Of a stretch of DNA of 64,000 nucleotides, positions 8,857-16,222 are shown in pieces. Origin of the DNA: a virus. Positions within the stretch are counted from its first letter, which is position 1. Every line of letters starts with the position of its first letter. The DNA lies in the IMG/VR virus record IMGVR_UViG_3300039353_001106; one strand, 5' to 3'. A program made the position numbers and the translations under genes. The notes beneath the pieces are model-generated. The model was not told the DNA's origin. It saw nothing but the letters and a program-made list of their open reading frames with translations, and made no database searches.

Positions 8857-10215
8857 TTATCCCATTGAAGCCTTACACATCCCAACTGCTGCACCATAAT
8901 CTCCGTCTGCTTTCTTAAGCATTCCTTCAGCGGCTTTAGTTGCTTTGTCTTCGTCATAGTCTTCACCAAATGCTTCAGCATATACTGTTTTTACATAATC
9001 AATAAAAGATTCATCGTCTTTTATTTCAGCTTCAAAAATATTTTCAAAATCTATACTTTCATTTATTGCTTTAATCTTTTTAGAAACATCAACTCTAACT
9101 TCTTCTCCTTCAAAATGTGCATTAAACGCCGTAATCATTGCGGTTGCTGTTGCGTCATCTTTGTGGAACTGAGAAATGTAAAGTGCAAAACCTTCTACGA
9201 GTGCTTGACCTCCCCAATCAGCAGCTAAACTGATCTGGCTAACATAATTAAATAAAATATCTTTTACTCTACTACCGCCTATTTTTGCATGGTAACCTCC
9301 AAGTCCTGGAAGTTTAACTTCGATTCCTGGAATACTTGCCTTTCTAATTGATTTAACTACTGATGCTCTTTCTGTGTGAAAGTTAGCATCTTCCATACAT
9401 TCAGATAAAAGATATTTAAGACATCCATAAATTCCAACCTTTCCCATTTGTTGAAGGTCTGGTAATTGTTTTGTAAGTAGTTTATTTAATTGAGTAACTA
9501 CTTTTTTAGCAGATCTTTTTCTTTCTACTTTAATAGCCTCATTTAGACTTTTTTTTTCAACTACAGATTCAAATTTTATTTTGTCGATTGCGATATTCAT
9601 TGCGGCCATTTCGAATGGTTTAGTACCATCTTCATAGTCTACCACTGCCATAGCACCGCCCATTGTAAATCTTAGAATTTTAAATCTACCAGGGAATCTT
9701 ACATTTTCACCATAAACGGTTTCGCCTTTATCAACAGCCTTCATAGCTTTTTTAATTTTAGCATTAACACCTTCATTTAATTCTCTTTCATTAACTATTT
9801 TAGCCTTCTTAACTTTATAAGTCTTTCCATTAAATTCAAAGGTTTTTTCTCCGGCTTCTCTTGCTCTAGCAACAGCAGCAACAAATGCTCTACCTTCGTT
9901 TGTAGATTCAACTTTATATGTTTCTCCATCAACTTCAAATTCGTCTTCTCCGTCTTCTTTGGCTTTTTTAACGGCTGCTCCGAATGCATTTCCTTCTGTT
10001 GCGATATCTTCCTCGCTTAAAAGTGCAGATAAAAACTTTGATCTGTTTTCTTCATCAAGTTCTCTAATATCAGCAACTTCAAACTGTGCTAAAAGTTCAG
10101 CGTATCTTTTACCATTAGCATCTCTTTTACCATTGGCCTCTAATTTAGCCTTGTCTGCTAATAACTGCTTTCTTGTTTCAGCGAAACTAGCAAATGATTT
10201 TAATGTACTTTTCAT
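8857..10215 (-). CDS. Putative internal-head/core polyprotein (452 aa)
   Basis: Leader MKSTLKSFASFAE; many xNE/xTE/xFE sites; tandem AF-x-AAV...G-x3-F-x3-G-x-TYKV module; late motif upstream. Confidence 0.6.
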   Translation of the reverse strand: MKSTLKSFASFAETRKQLLADKAKLEANGKRDANGKRYAELLAQFEVADIRELDEENRSKFLSALLSEEDIATEGNAFGAAVKKAKEDGEDEFEVDGETYKVESTNEGRAFVAAVARAREAGEKTFEFNGKTYKVKKAKIVNERELNEGVNAKIKKAMKAVDKGETVYGENVRFPGRFKILRFTMGGAMAVVDYEDGTKPFEMAAMNIAIDKIKFESVVEKKSLNEAIKVERKRSAKKVVTQLNKLLTKQLPDLQQMGKVGIYGCLKYLLSECMEDANFHTERASVVKSIRKASIPGIEVKLPGLGGYHAKIGGSRVKDILFNYVSQISLAADWGGQALVEGFALYISQFHKDDATATAMITAFNAHFEGEEVRVDVSKKIKAINESIDFENIFEAEIKDDESFIDYVKTVYAEAFGEDYDEDKATKAAEGMLKKADGDYGAAVGMCKASMG

Positions 10216-10248
10216 TTTAATATTGTTTTTTTAGTTTACTTATTTTAT

Positions 10249-10256
10249 TATATATC
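10249..10256 (-). promoter_or_regulatory. Late-promoter-like motif GATATATA
   Basis: 33 nt upstream of ATG at 10215. Confidence 0.6.
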
Positions 10257-10265
10257 ATCGAAATT

Positions 10266-11765
10266 CTACTCGAATTTAACTTTTTTAATACTGTATTCAA
10301 ATCTTTGGTCTTTATAAATTTTCTGACGGGCCTTTGAGTGTCTCATTAGATAATTACTCCACTCCTCGGTAACCAAATCATCTACAAAATCTATAATTAA
10401 AACGCTGCTTTTTGACTTATGCTGTCTCAATCCTCTACCAATACTTTGTCTTATAATTACTTCTGATTTAAAACTTTCAGTAAAAAATATATTGTGTATC
10501 TTTTTTATAGAAATACCTGTAGAAAATGTACCGAAACTTGCGACTATTACAACCTCGTCTCCTGCCTCCATTTTCTTTTTATATTCTTCTCTAACAAATT
10601 TATCCGTACCTCCATCAACATAGTAGACTGATTTATTACTTTCTTGTCTCAGTTTTTCATAAACCTTTTTTCCATGTTCTATTCTATGGAAAAGCACAAG
10701 ACTGTTTTTAGGTACTTTACCTATAACATTACATATAAAATTTAATCTAGGTTCGGACTGTATTATATAGTTTTGCTCTAATTGAAATACGTCTTTATTT
10801 TCATATTTATTAAGGGCCATCTCTGTAAATGCTGTTTTAGCCTTTTCAGGGGCATAGTCCATTTCAATAACTTTAACCTTGCAATTTGCAATGTAGCCTT
10901 CTTGTTGTAAAAAGTGGGCGTTTACTTCACTGATTAACGGTCCAGTATATGACATAAGAGTTAATCTATCAAGAGTTCCCTCTTTTGGAATTGTACCTGA
11001 AAGACCGTATCTGTATTCCGCGTTTATACATTTTGAAAGTATTGTTTTTATAGAAGTTGATTTTGCCTTATGTGTTTCATCAACTATTACCGCGTCAAAT
11101 TGTTCAAAATATTCTTTTCCTTTTTTAACAAGAGATTGATATGTTCCTATAACAACGTTTCTACCTTCTCTTATTTTTTGACCACTATAAATTTGTTGTA
11201 TTTTTATATTTACTCTATTGGCAAAATTATAGTCCATAAAATCTTCTGATGCTTGGACAACAAGCGAAACATTAGGTACTATAAAAAGAATCTTTTTGGC
11301 CTTTTCTTGTTCTAAAAGATAGGCAACTGTAAGAAAGCTTATTAGTGTTTTACCAGCTGATGTCGCAAGCTCACTAAGACACTTTCTAAATTTCAATATG
11401 TTATATGCAGCCTCTATTTGATAGTCTCTAGGGGTTATCTCTGAACCTTTAAATAGTTCTAATGCATATTTTTCAAACCACTCTGCTGTAATGTTTTTAT
11501 CAAAAAGTTCTGTAACACCGTTTATTTTTAATTCAAATCTATATTCTTTACAAACGTTATATACATATCTCCACAGACCAGAAGGGATCCATTTATTATC
11601 TTTAAAATATGAAACATAACCGTCCCATACTCCTCTTTTGACAAGTGGGTTGAACCTCCACGAATCAATTCTTTTTGTAAGTGAAATATTAAGTTGTTCT
11701 AATTCTAGCTCTGTTGCTTCATCAACTCTTAAGTACTGCTTATTTTCTGTAAGGGTTAATTCCAT
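10266..11765 (-). CDS. uvsW: UvsW-like SF2 DNA helicase
   Basis: PRDYQ, LATSAGKT (Walker A), DETH, QSIGRGLR; ~500 aa like T4 UvsW. Confidence 0.92.
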   Translation of the reverse strand: MELTLTENKQYLRVDEATELELEQLNISLTKRIDSWRFNPLVKRGVWDGYVSYFKDNKWIPSGLWRYVYNVCKEYRFELKINGVTELFDKNITAEWFEKYALELFKGSEITPRDYQIEAAYNILKFRKCLSELATSAGKTLISFLTVAYLLEQEKAKKILFIVPNVSLVVQASEDFMDYNFANRVNIKIQQIYSGQKIREGRNVVIGTYQSLVKKGKEYFEQFDAVIVDETHKAKSTSIKTILSKCINAEYRYGLSGTIPKEGTLDRLTLMSYTGPLISEVNAHFLQQEGYIANCKVKVIEMDYAPEKAKTAFTEMALNKYENKDVFQLEQNYIIQSEPRLNFICNVIGKVPKNSLVLFHRIEHGKKVYEKLRQESNKSVYYVDGGTDKFVREEYKKKMEAGDEVVIVASFGTFSTGISIKKIHNIFFTESFKSEVIIRQSIGRGLRQHKSKSSVLIIDFVDDLVTEEWSNYLMRHSKARQKIYKDQRFEYSIKKVKFE

Positions 11766-11786
11766 AAACTATTAATCTATTCTCTA

Positions 11787-12221
11787 TCATACCAGGTCTT
11801 TTATGGCTAACCTGTTACGAACAGCAAAACCCATATTATCTAGAGTTTTTACTGATTCCCTATAGAATTCTATTTGATTATCTAAAAGGGAGTGTATCAT
11901 TTTATCATCTGCTAATTCAGCTTCTAAAAACTGAGCCCTAACCTTGTCGGTTAATTTATAGTCGTATTGGTAATATTTTATCCAAGTCTCTTTCCATTTA
12001 ATATCTATAGATTTCTTTTGCTCTTTAGACTTTATTTGAATATACATTAATTGCTCTACTAATAATTGTCTTGTCTGTAAAATATCTCCAATTACAATTT
12101 CCATGCCGCTTAAGGTTTTTATTCCATTAGCAAGTGCTGTAATTTTTCTTGTCCATTTATCTCTTTGTTCTCCCAGTTTTCTGTCTAACAGGGTGATTCT
12201 ACTTTCTTTTTGTTCTTCCAT
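11787..12221 (-). CDS. uvsY: UvsY-like recombination mediator
   Basis: 144-aa helical protein ending ...SVKTLDNMGFAVRNRL like UvsY C-termini; adjacent to uvsW. Confidence 0.7.
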   Translation of the reverse strand: MEEQKESRITLLDRKLGEQRDKWTRKITALANGIKTLSGMEIVIGDILQTRQLLVEQLMYIQIKSKEQKKSIDIKWKETWIKYYQYDYKLTDKVRAQFLEAELADDKMIHSLLDNQIEFYRESVKTLDNMGFAVRNRLAIKDLV

Positions 12222-12427
12222 TAAAATAGTCCTTTATCTCGATTCTGTGGTCTAACATAGCTAGACCTCTTTAATTTCTTTTTATATTTTGGTTCTGTAA
12301 TTTCAATAGATTTACCATCAAATTCTTCGGCTTCTAACTTAAAGTCCATCATTTTTTTAAGGTTTTTAAACCTATTACGGTCTCTATCAAACTTTTCTAA
12401 TTCTTTGTCCATATCTATATCAAACAT
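12221..12427 (-). CDS. Hypothetical protein (68 aa)
   Basis: Overlaps both neighbours in an operon-like packing. Confidence 0.7.
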   Translation of the reverse strand: MFDIDMDKELEKFDRDRNRFKNLKKMMDFKLEAEEFDGKSIEITEPKYKKKLKRSSYVRPQNRDKGLF

Positions 12428-13499
12428 ATCTCAAATCTAGTTTATTGTTTGTAAAATAATCTTCAAAACTAGACAGCGATATTTTTACGCTATTTTTATA
12501 ACATTCTTTAATAAGGTCGTTTAAGTCCTTTATGTTATATTTATCTAGTTTTTTATCTTTCAAAAACTTGTTCCACATAAATACTTCTTTTCCAGCTTTA
12601 AGTTTTTCTATTGTTTTTTTAAGGCCGGCAGGGTCATTATCTAGCATATATCTGACAGTGTCTATACTGTCGAGTTTTGTAGTGTCTCTTCCAACTGTAC
12701 AGAGCGCTATACTATTTCTCATAAACATAGAGTCCATTGGACCCTCAAATACGGTAGTTGGTTCTCTAAAGTCTATATACAATACTCCAAAAAGCGTTGA
12801 TATATTATTCATTTGACCCAATTCTTCTTCGTCTATTTCAAGAGGCTTATTTAAAACCTGTTCGTAAAGTTTTGATAAATCATAGGTTAAATATCTAGAC
12901 CCTTTTCCTTTCATTCTTCTTGATTGGGCGCCTACAATATTTCCTTCCATTGTTTTGTTTAATATCCACAATCTACCCTCTTTATGGTTATATAAAAACT
13001 TGTCTAATTTTTTATGTAATAGTCTTTCTTTAAGTTTAAACCATATCCAATCTCCTATTTCTATGGGTTTAGCACCTGTAGCTTCCATAAATTCTTTTTG
13101 ATTTATTGAAAGTTCTATTAGTTTTTCATAAATAATAGGGGTAAACTTTTCTCTTTGGTCTGCAACTGTTTTATTTGTTTTAATATAATCTATAATACCA
13201 AGAGTGTCCATATTTTCAGACATTCTAATATCGTGGTCTTTTAAAAGATTATAGACATCTGTGTGGTGGTCGCAATTAAAACAATGGTATTGCAGTGTTG
13301 ACCAATAGAGATTTCCTCTTTTAAGAGTGTCATCTTTTGTAGAGTCTCCGCAATAAGGACATGCACAGGTTAATCTCCCATGCATGTCTTTTATCATTTG
13401 CTTATTGTGATTTGAATGTTCTTTTAGAACTATCTTTTTTAATGCAACTTTAATCTTTTCTTTAAGTTCTAAAGATAGTATATTAGATTTCAAGGTCAT
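12420..13499 (-). CDS. gp61: DNA primase (T4 gp61-like)
   Basis: Zn finger CPYCGDS...YHCFNC; TOPRIM VFEGPMD and YMLDND; KDLND. Confidence 0.9.
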   Translation of the reverse strand: MTLKSNILSLELKEKIKVALKKIVLKEHSNHNKQMIKDMHGRLTCACPYCGDSTKDDTLKRGNLYWSTLQYHCFNCDHHTDVYNLLKDHDIRMSENMDTLGIIDYIKTNKTVADQREKFTPIIYEKLIELSINQKEFMEATGAKPIEIGDWIWFKLKERLLHKKLDKFLYNHKEGRLWILNKTMEGNIVGAQSRRMKGKGSRYLTYDLSKLYEQVLNKPLEIDEEELGQMNNISTLFGVLYIDFREPTTVFEGPMDSMFMRNSIALCTVGRDTTKLDSIDTVRYMLDNDPAGLKKTIEKLKAGKEVFMWNKFLKDKKLDKYNIKDLNDLIKECYKNSVKISLSSFEDYFTNNKLDLRYV

Positions 13500-14409
13500 T
13501 CAAAAACGATTCTAAATCATCACTTCCTGCCGCTACTTCTGCTGGCGCAGTATCTTTCTTCTTTGCTGTAGAATTTGTATTGTTAGAACCTGCTACCGCT
13601 GTTTCAACCTTCTTTGTAGGTGTAGGTGTCTGGTTAACAAGATTATCCATTGATTCTCCAGGGTTAAGATACATTTTAATAACGCTGTTTACGAATTCTC
13701 TAGTTGGTTCGTCCCAAGCATTATACTCGAACGATTTAAGAGAGGGGGCGCCGTCTAATTCTTCTTTAATAGATGCCATGTCTTCTTTTGTTCTTTCTGC
13801 AGTTTTATCTGCTAATTGAACTGGCGATTTTGAAGAAGAGAATTTAGACTTGTCATAATTATTATAATCGTTTTGGCGATTAATAATTAATTCGAAGTTT
13901 TTACCTTCAAAAAGATCGAATACTTGAGTTGGTTCACCAAAATCTGGTTTTAACTCTGCATCGATTTTTTCTTTGATTTTATAACCGAATTTAAAAACCT
14001 TATATGTTCCTTCTAGATCTGGAAACTGTGGGTCTTTAATAATTTTTACAAGAGCAACATATTGTTCTCTTCTTTTTAATTTATCAGATGCTTTACGGTC
14101 TACCGCGCTGTCTGATTTTCTTAACTTCCAAAAAGCGTCTGCTATTGGGCAACTTTCACCAACTGAACTTGGAGAGTCAACCAATTTAGAATCACCATCA
14201 GGTCCTGTTAACCAGTTGACGTATTTCTTAATAAGACTATTTCTTGGGTTTTCAACGTTAGGTACAAAACGAATAAGTGCTTTGTAAGTTCCGTCTTTGC
14301 CGTCATCGGCGGTTGGTTTGTACATGATATTTGAACCAGTACTTTGTTGTTGTTCATGTGTATCGATATCTTCTACACCGATACTAAAAATGTTAAAATC
14401 TTCACTCAT
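13483..14409 (-). CDS. gp32: Single-stranded DNA-binding protein (T4 gp32-like)
   Basis: YKPTADDGKDG...ALIRFVP, CPI, VKIIKDP...EG..KVFKFGYKI, FDLFEGKNF, NYDKSKF, acidic tail DDLESFLNDLEI. Confidence 0.92.
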   Translation of the reverse strand: MSEDFNIFSIGVEDIDTHEQQQSTGSNIMYKPTADDGKDGTYKALIRFVPNVENPRNSLIKKYVNWLTGPDGDSKLVDSPSSVGESCPIADAFWKLRKSDSAVDRKASDKLKRREQYVALVKIIKDPQFPDLEGTYKVFKFGYKIKEKIDAELKPDFGEPTQVFDLFEGKNFELIINRQNDYNNYDKSKFSSSKSPVQLADKTAERTKEDMASIKEELDGAPSLKSFEYNAWDEPTREFVNSVIKMYLNPGESMDNLVNQTPTPTKKVETAVAGSNNTNSTAKKKDTAPAEVAAGSDDLESFLNDLEI

Positions 14410-14410
14410 A

Positions 14411-14460
14411 ACTTTTAATCTTTAATTTTACTTTAATTTCTGTTAATTTACTTAAATAAC
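14411..14460 (-). promoter_or_regulatory. AU-rich gene 32 leader with five TTAA repeats, candidate translational autoregulatory operator
   Basis: Minus strand GTTATTTAAGTAAATTAACAGAAATTAAAGTAAAATTAAAGATTAAAAGT directly upstream of the gp32 start. Confidence 0.45.
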
Positions 14461-14464
14461 TTAT

Positions 14465-14492
14465 ATTATATAAAAAACCTTAAATTTGTTTA
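14465..14492 (-). promoter_or_regulatory. Early/middle-type promoter TAAACAAATT-N10-TATATAAT
   Basis: Same bipartite motif at 14608-14635 and 58106-58134. Confidence 0.55.
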
Positions 14493-14527
14493 TAAAAATA
14501 TGAACTTTATTACATGAGTCTATCCGA

Positions 14528-14602
14528 CTAGAGATTGCTTTTATTAAAGCCTTTTTCGATTTTTAAAGTCCAGTAATTATTGTTAAATTTACTGTTTTCC
14601 AT
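14528..14602 (-). CDS. Possible 24-aa micro-ORF (MENSKFNNNYWTLKIEKGFNKSNL)
   Basis: ATG lies directly below overlapping early-type and late-type motifs; no other support. Confidence 0.25.
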   Translation of the reverse strand: MENSKFNNNYWTLKIEKGFNKSNL

Positions 14603-14607
14603 ATATT

Positions 14608-14635
14608 ATTATATATCTAACTTTAATTTTGTTTA
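14608..14635 (-). promoter_or_regulatory. Overlapping early-type (TAAACAAAAT-N10-TATATAAT) and late-type (GATATATA, 14610-14617) promoter motifs
   Basis: Read directly from the minus strand: TAAACAAAATTAAAGTTAGATATATAAT. Confidence 0.55.
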
Positions 14636-14668
14636 TGTTTAAAAACAACTATTTTTATTTTTACTCCA

Positions 14669-14739
14669 CTTAGACTCTCCTTTCGGTTGTAGGCGTGAGA
14701 TTTGACGCCTCGTTGTTCGGTTATTTAAACCTATCTAAG
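14669..14739 (-). ncRNA. Compact multibranch RNA structure immediately 3' of the tRNA-like element
   Basis: CTTAGA/TCTAAG closing stem enclosing GGTT-TAAAT-AACC, AGGCGT-CAAATCTC-ACGCCT and CC-GAAA-GG hairpins. Confidence 0.5.
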
Positions 14740-14742
14740 AGC

Positions 14743-14876
14743 TGGGGAGTGATGGACTCGAACTATCATCTACTATTCTACACCATTTTCCGTAATAAGT
14801 GATCTGCTTATTCTTCTGGTCTGATCAAGACTTGGTTCAATAAGAATAGTCGCTCTACCAATTGAGCTAACTCCCC
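14743..14876 (-). tRNA. tRNA-like RNA with a 63-nt insert in the anticodon arm (identity uncertain; possible intron-containing tRNA)
   Basis: GGGGAGT/ACTCCCC acceptor stem plus A73; D arm GCTC-AATTGGTA-GAGC; 8-bp ACTATTCT/AGAATAGT stem around the insert; 4-nt variable loop; T arm GATAG-TTCGAGT-CCATC (one mismatch); CCA not encoded. Confidence 0.8.
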
Positions 14877-14892
14877 GTATTTATAAATGGTT

Positions 14893-15012
14893 TTACCTTC
14901 CAACCAGTAAGGCCTTTTGTCTTTCCAACTTAGGTTTAGTCATCGTGGACTTATCACGATATGCCCAGTGTTTTTTACGCACTCTATACAGTCTTCCTAT
15001 TTCAGGAAACAA
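14893..15012 (-). CDS. Possible 39-aa basic small protein (TTG start)
   Basis: MFPEIGRLYRVRKKHWAYRDKSTMTKPKLERQKALLVGR, preceded by AGGTGGAG 5 nt upstream; the region also folds into hairpins, so it may be non-coding. Confidence 0.3.
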   Translation of the reverse strand: MFPEIGRLYRVRKKHWAYRDKSTMTKPKLERQKALLVGR

Positions 15013-15066
15013 TATGTCTCCACCTGTTCGTTTCTTTTATACAACTTTTTGTTTGTTTGTTTATAG

Positions 15067-15104
15067 TTAAATATAATCATTTAAAACGACATAAAAAAAT
15101 CTGG
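15067..15104 (-). repeat. 38-bp exact repeat copy 1, probable promoter
   Basis: CCAGATTTTTTTATGTCGTTTTAAATGATTATATTTAA, identical at 60827-60864. Confidence 0.75.
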
Positions 15105-15174
15105 GTGAATTAATTTTAAAAAAAGTTTATTATTTTTGAAACAAAAGGAGCCTGTGAGCATATAACTTAAGTCT

Positions 15175-15840
15175 TTAAGCAGGAGAGGTAAGATTAGCTG
15201 AAAGGGTTCTAAGCAGAGAATTGAGATAAAAGGCGTCTACTAGGTCATCAAAGGGTTTTGGAACAGACTTTCCAACTTCAAGATTTTTAGAAAAAACCCA
15301 AAATTTGTTCTCCTCCAAAAAACTTTCCCCAGTACGATTCTCAACAAAAACATCCCAAAGAACTCTCTTATTCATATTACCTTTTCCAGCATGTTTCTTA
15401 ATCGTGGCTGGAGCTACAGTTTTAATATCTTCAGGTTTTAAGTGTTTTAAGAGTTTAATTTTAAGAATAGATGCCGCACTCGCCATATCAATTATATTAT
15501 TAGTTCCTCCTTTAGAACCATAAGAGACTCCTTCAAATGCAATTTGATAACCGTCTTCTGGAAAACTGTTTTGAGTAATAAGATTAATAATATCATTTGA
15601 CATTGTATCATACCTCTTTATTTTACCCAACTCAATACTTGAATAGTCTAATTCTTTTTCCCAGTCTGGTTGAAAAACAAGAGTAACCTCATCTAAAAGA
15701 CCCAATTCTTCTTGAAGTTTAATGGCTTTTTTACTTCCATTCTTTTTTACATACGAAATAAAATGGTATTTCTTTTGTTTATCATTAAAGATACAAATTC
15801 CTGGCGAATTTAGTGAAAAATCTATTGTAATAAAGTTCAT
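15175..15840 (-). CDS. ruvC: RuvC-like Holliday junction resolvase
   Basis: ITIDFSLNSPG, IAFEGVSYG, VAPATIKK, DDLVDAF acidic catalytic pattern; likely start MNFITID at 15840 (track gives 15867). Confidence 0.8.
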   Translation of the reverse strand: MNFITIDFSLNSPGICIFNDKQKKYHFISYVKKNGSKKAIKLQEELGLLDEVTLVFQPDWEKELDYSSIELGKIKRYDTMSNDIINLITQNSFPEDGYQIAFEGVSYGSKGGTNNIIDMASAASILKIKLLKHLKPEDIKTVAPATIKKHAGKGNMNKRVLWDVFVENRTGESFLEENKFWVFSKNLEVGKSVPKPFDDLVDAFYLNSLLRTLSANLTSPA

Positions 15841-15841
15841 A

Positions 15842-16210
15842 TTAAAATCTTTTACCGATGGTAGCACCTATTGCGGTACCTACAAGACGTGAGGTTAATA
15901 AATCATAGAGTACTCCTTTTTGTACTCCCAATACTTTAGCAATCATTTTACCCATTGACTTTCCAAGAGCAAAACCTGTTAGACCACCCATAATAGAACC
16001 AAAAAGTCCTTCATTGGTTATTTCAGAATTAAATTTATCTAAGTCTAATTCACCATCTTCATTACGATATTCATTTAAAAACTGATCAACCGCCTGGTCT
16101 ACTTTTTCTTCTAGTTCTGGAGTCCATTCTTGTTGTAAGCCTTCATTTAAGCGTTTTAATTCCTCTGGCGTAACTTTATTTTCTTCTAAATATTCTACAA
16201 ATGTTTTCAT
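15842..16210 (-). CDS. Putative internal-head protein with glycine-zipper hydrophobic C-terminus
   Basis: Leader MKTFVEYLEE; GSIMGGLTGFALGKSMG and LVGTAIGATIG. Confidence 0.65.
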   Translation of the reverse strand: MKTFVEYLEENKVTPEELKRLNEGLQQEWTPELEEKVDQAVDQFLNEYRNEDGELDLDKFNSEITNEGLFGSIMGGLTGFALGKSMGKMIAKVLGVQKGVLYDLLTSRLVGTAIGATIGKRF

Positions 16211-16214
16211 AATT

Positions 16215-16222
16215 TATATATC
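16215..16222 (-). promoter_or_regulatory. Late-promoter-like motif GATATATA
   Basis: GATATATA-AATT-ATG. Confidence 0.6.

Noticed and set aside
14743-14876. tmRNA, Y RNA or self-splicing intron interpretation
   Set aside because: Fully paired D stem, G3-C70 rather than G3-U70, no room for tmRNA pseudoknots or a tag frame; ends lie at the acceptor stem, unlike permuted YrlA; 63 nt is too short for group I/II introns.
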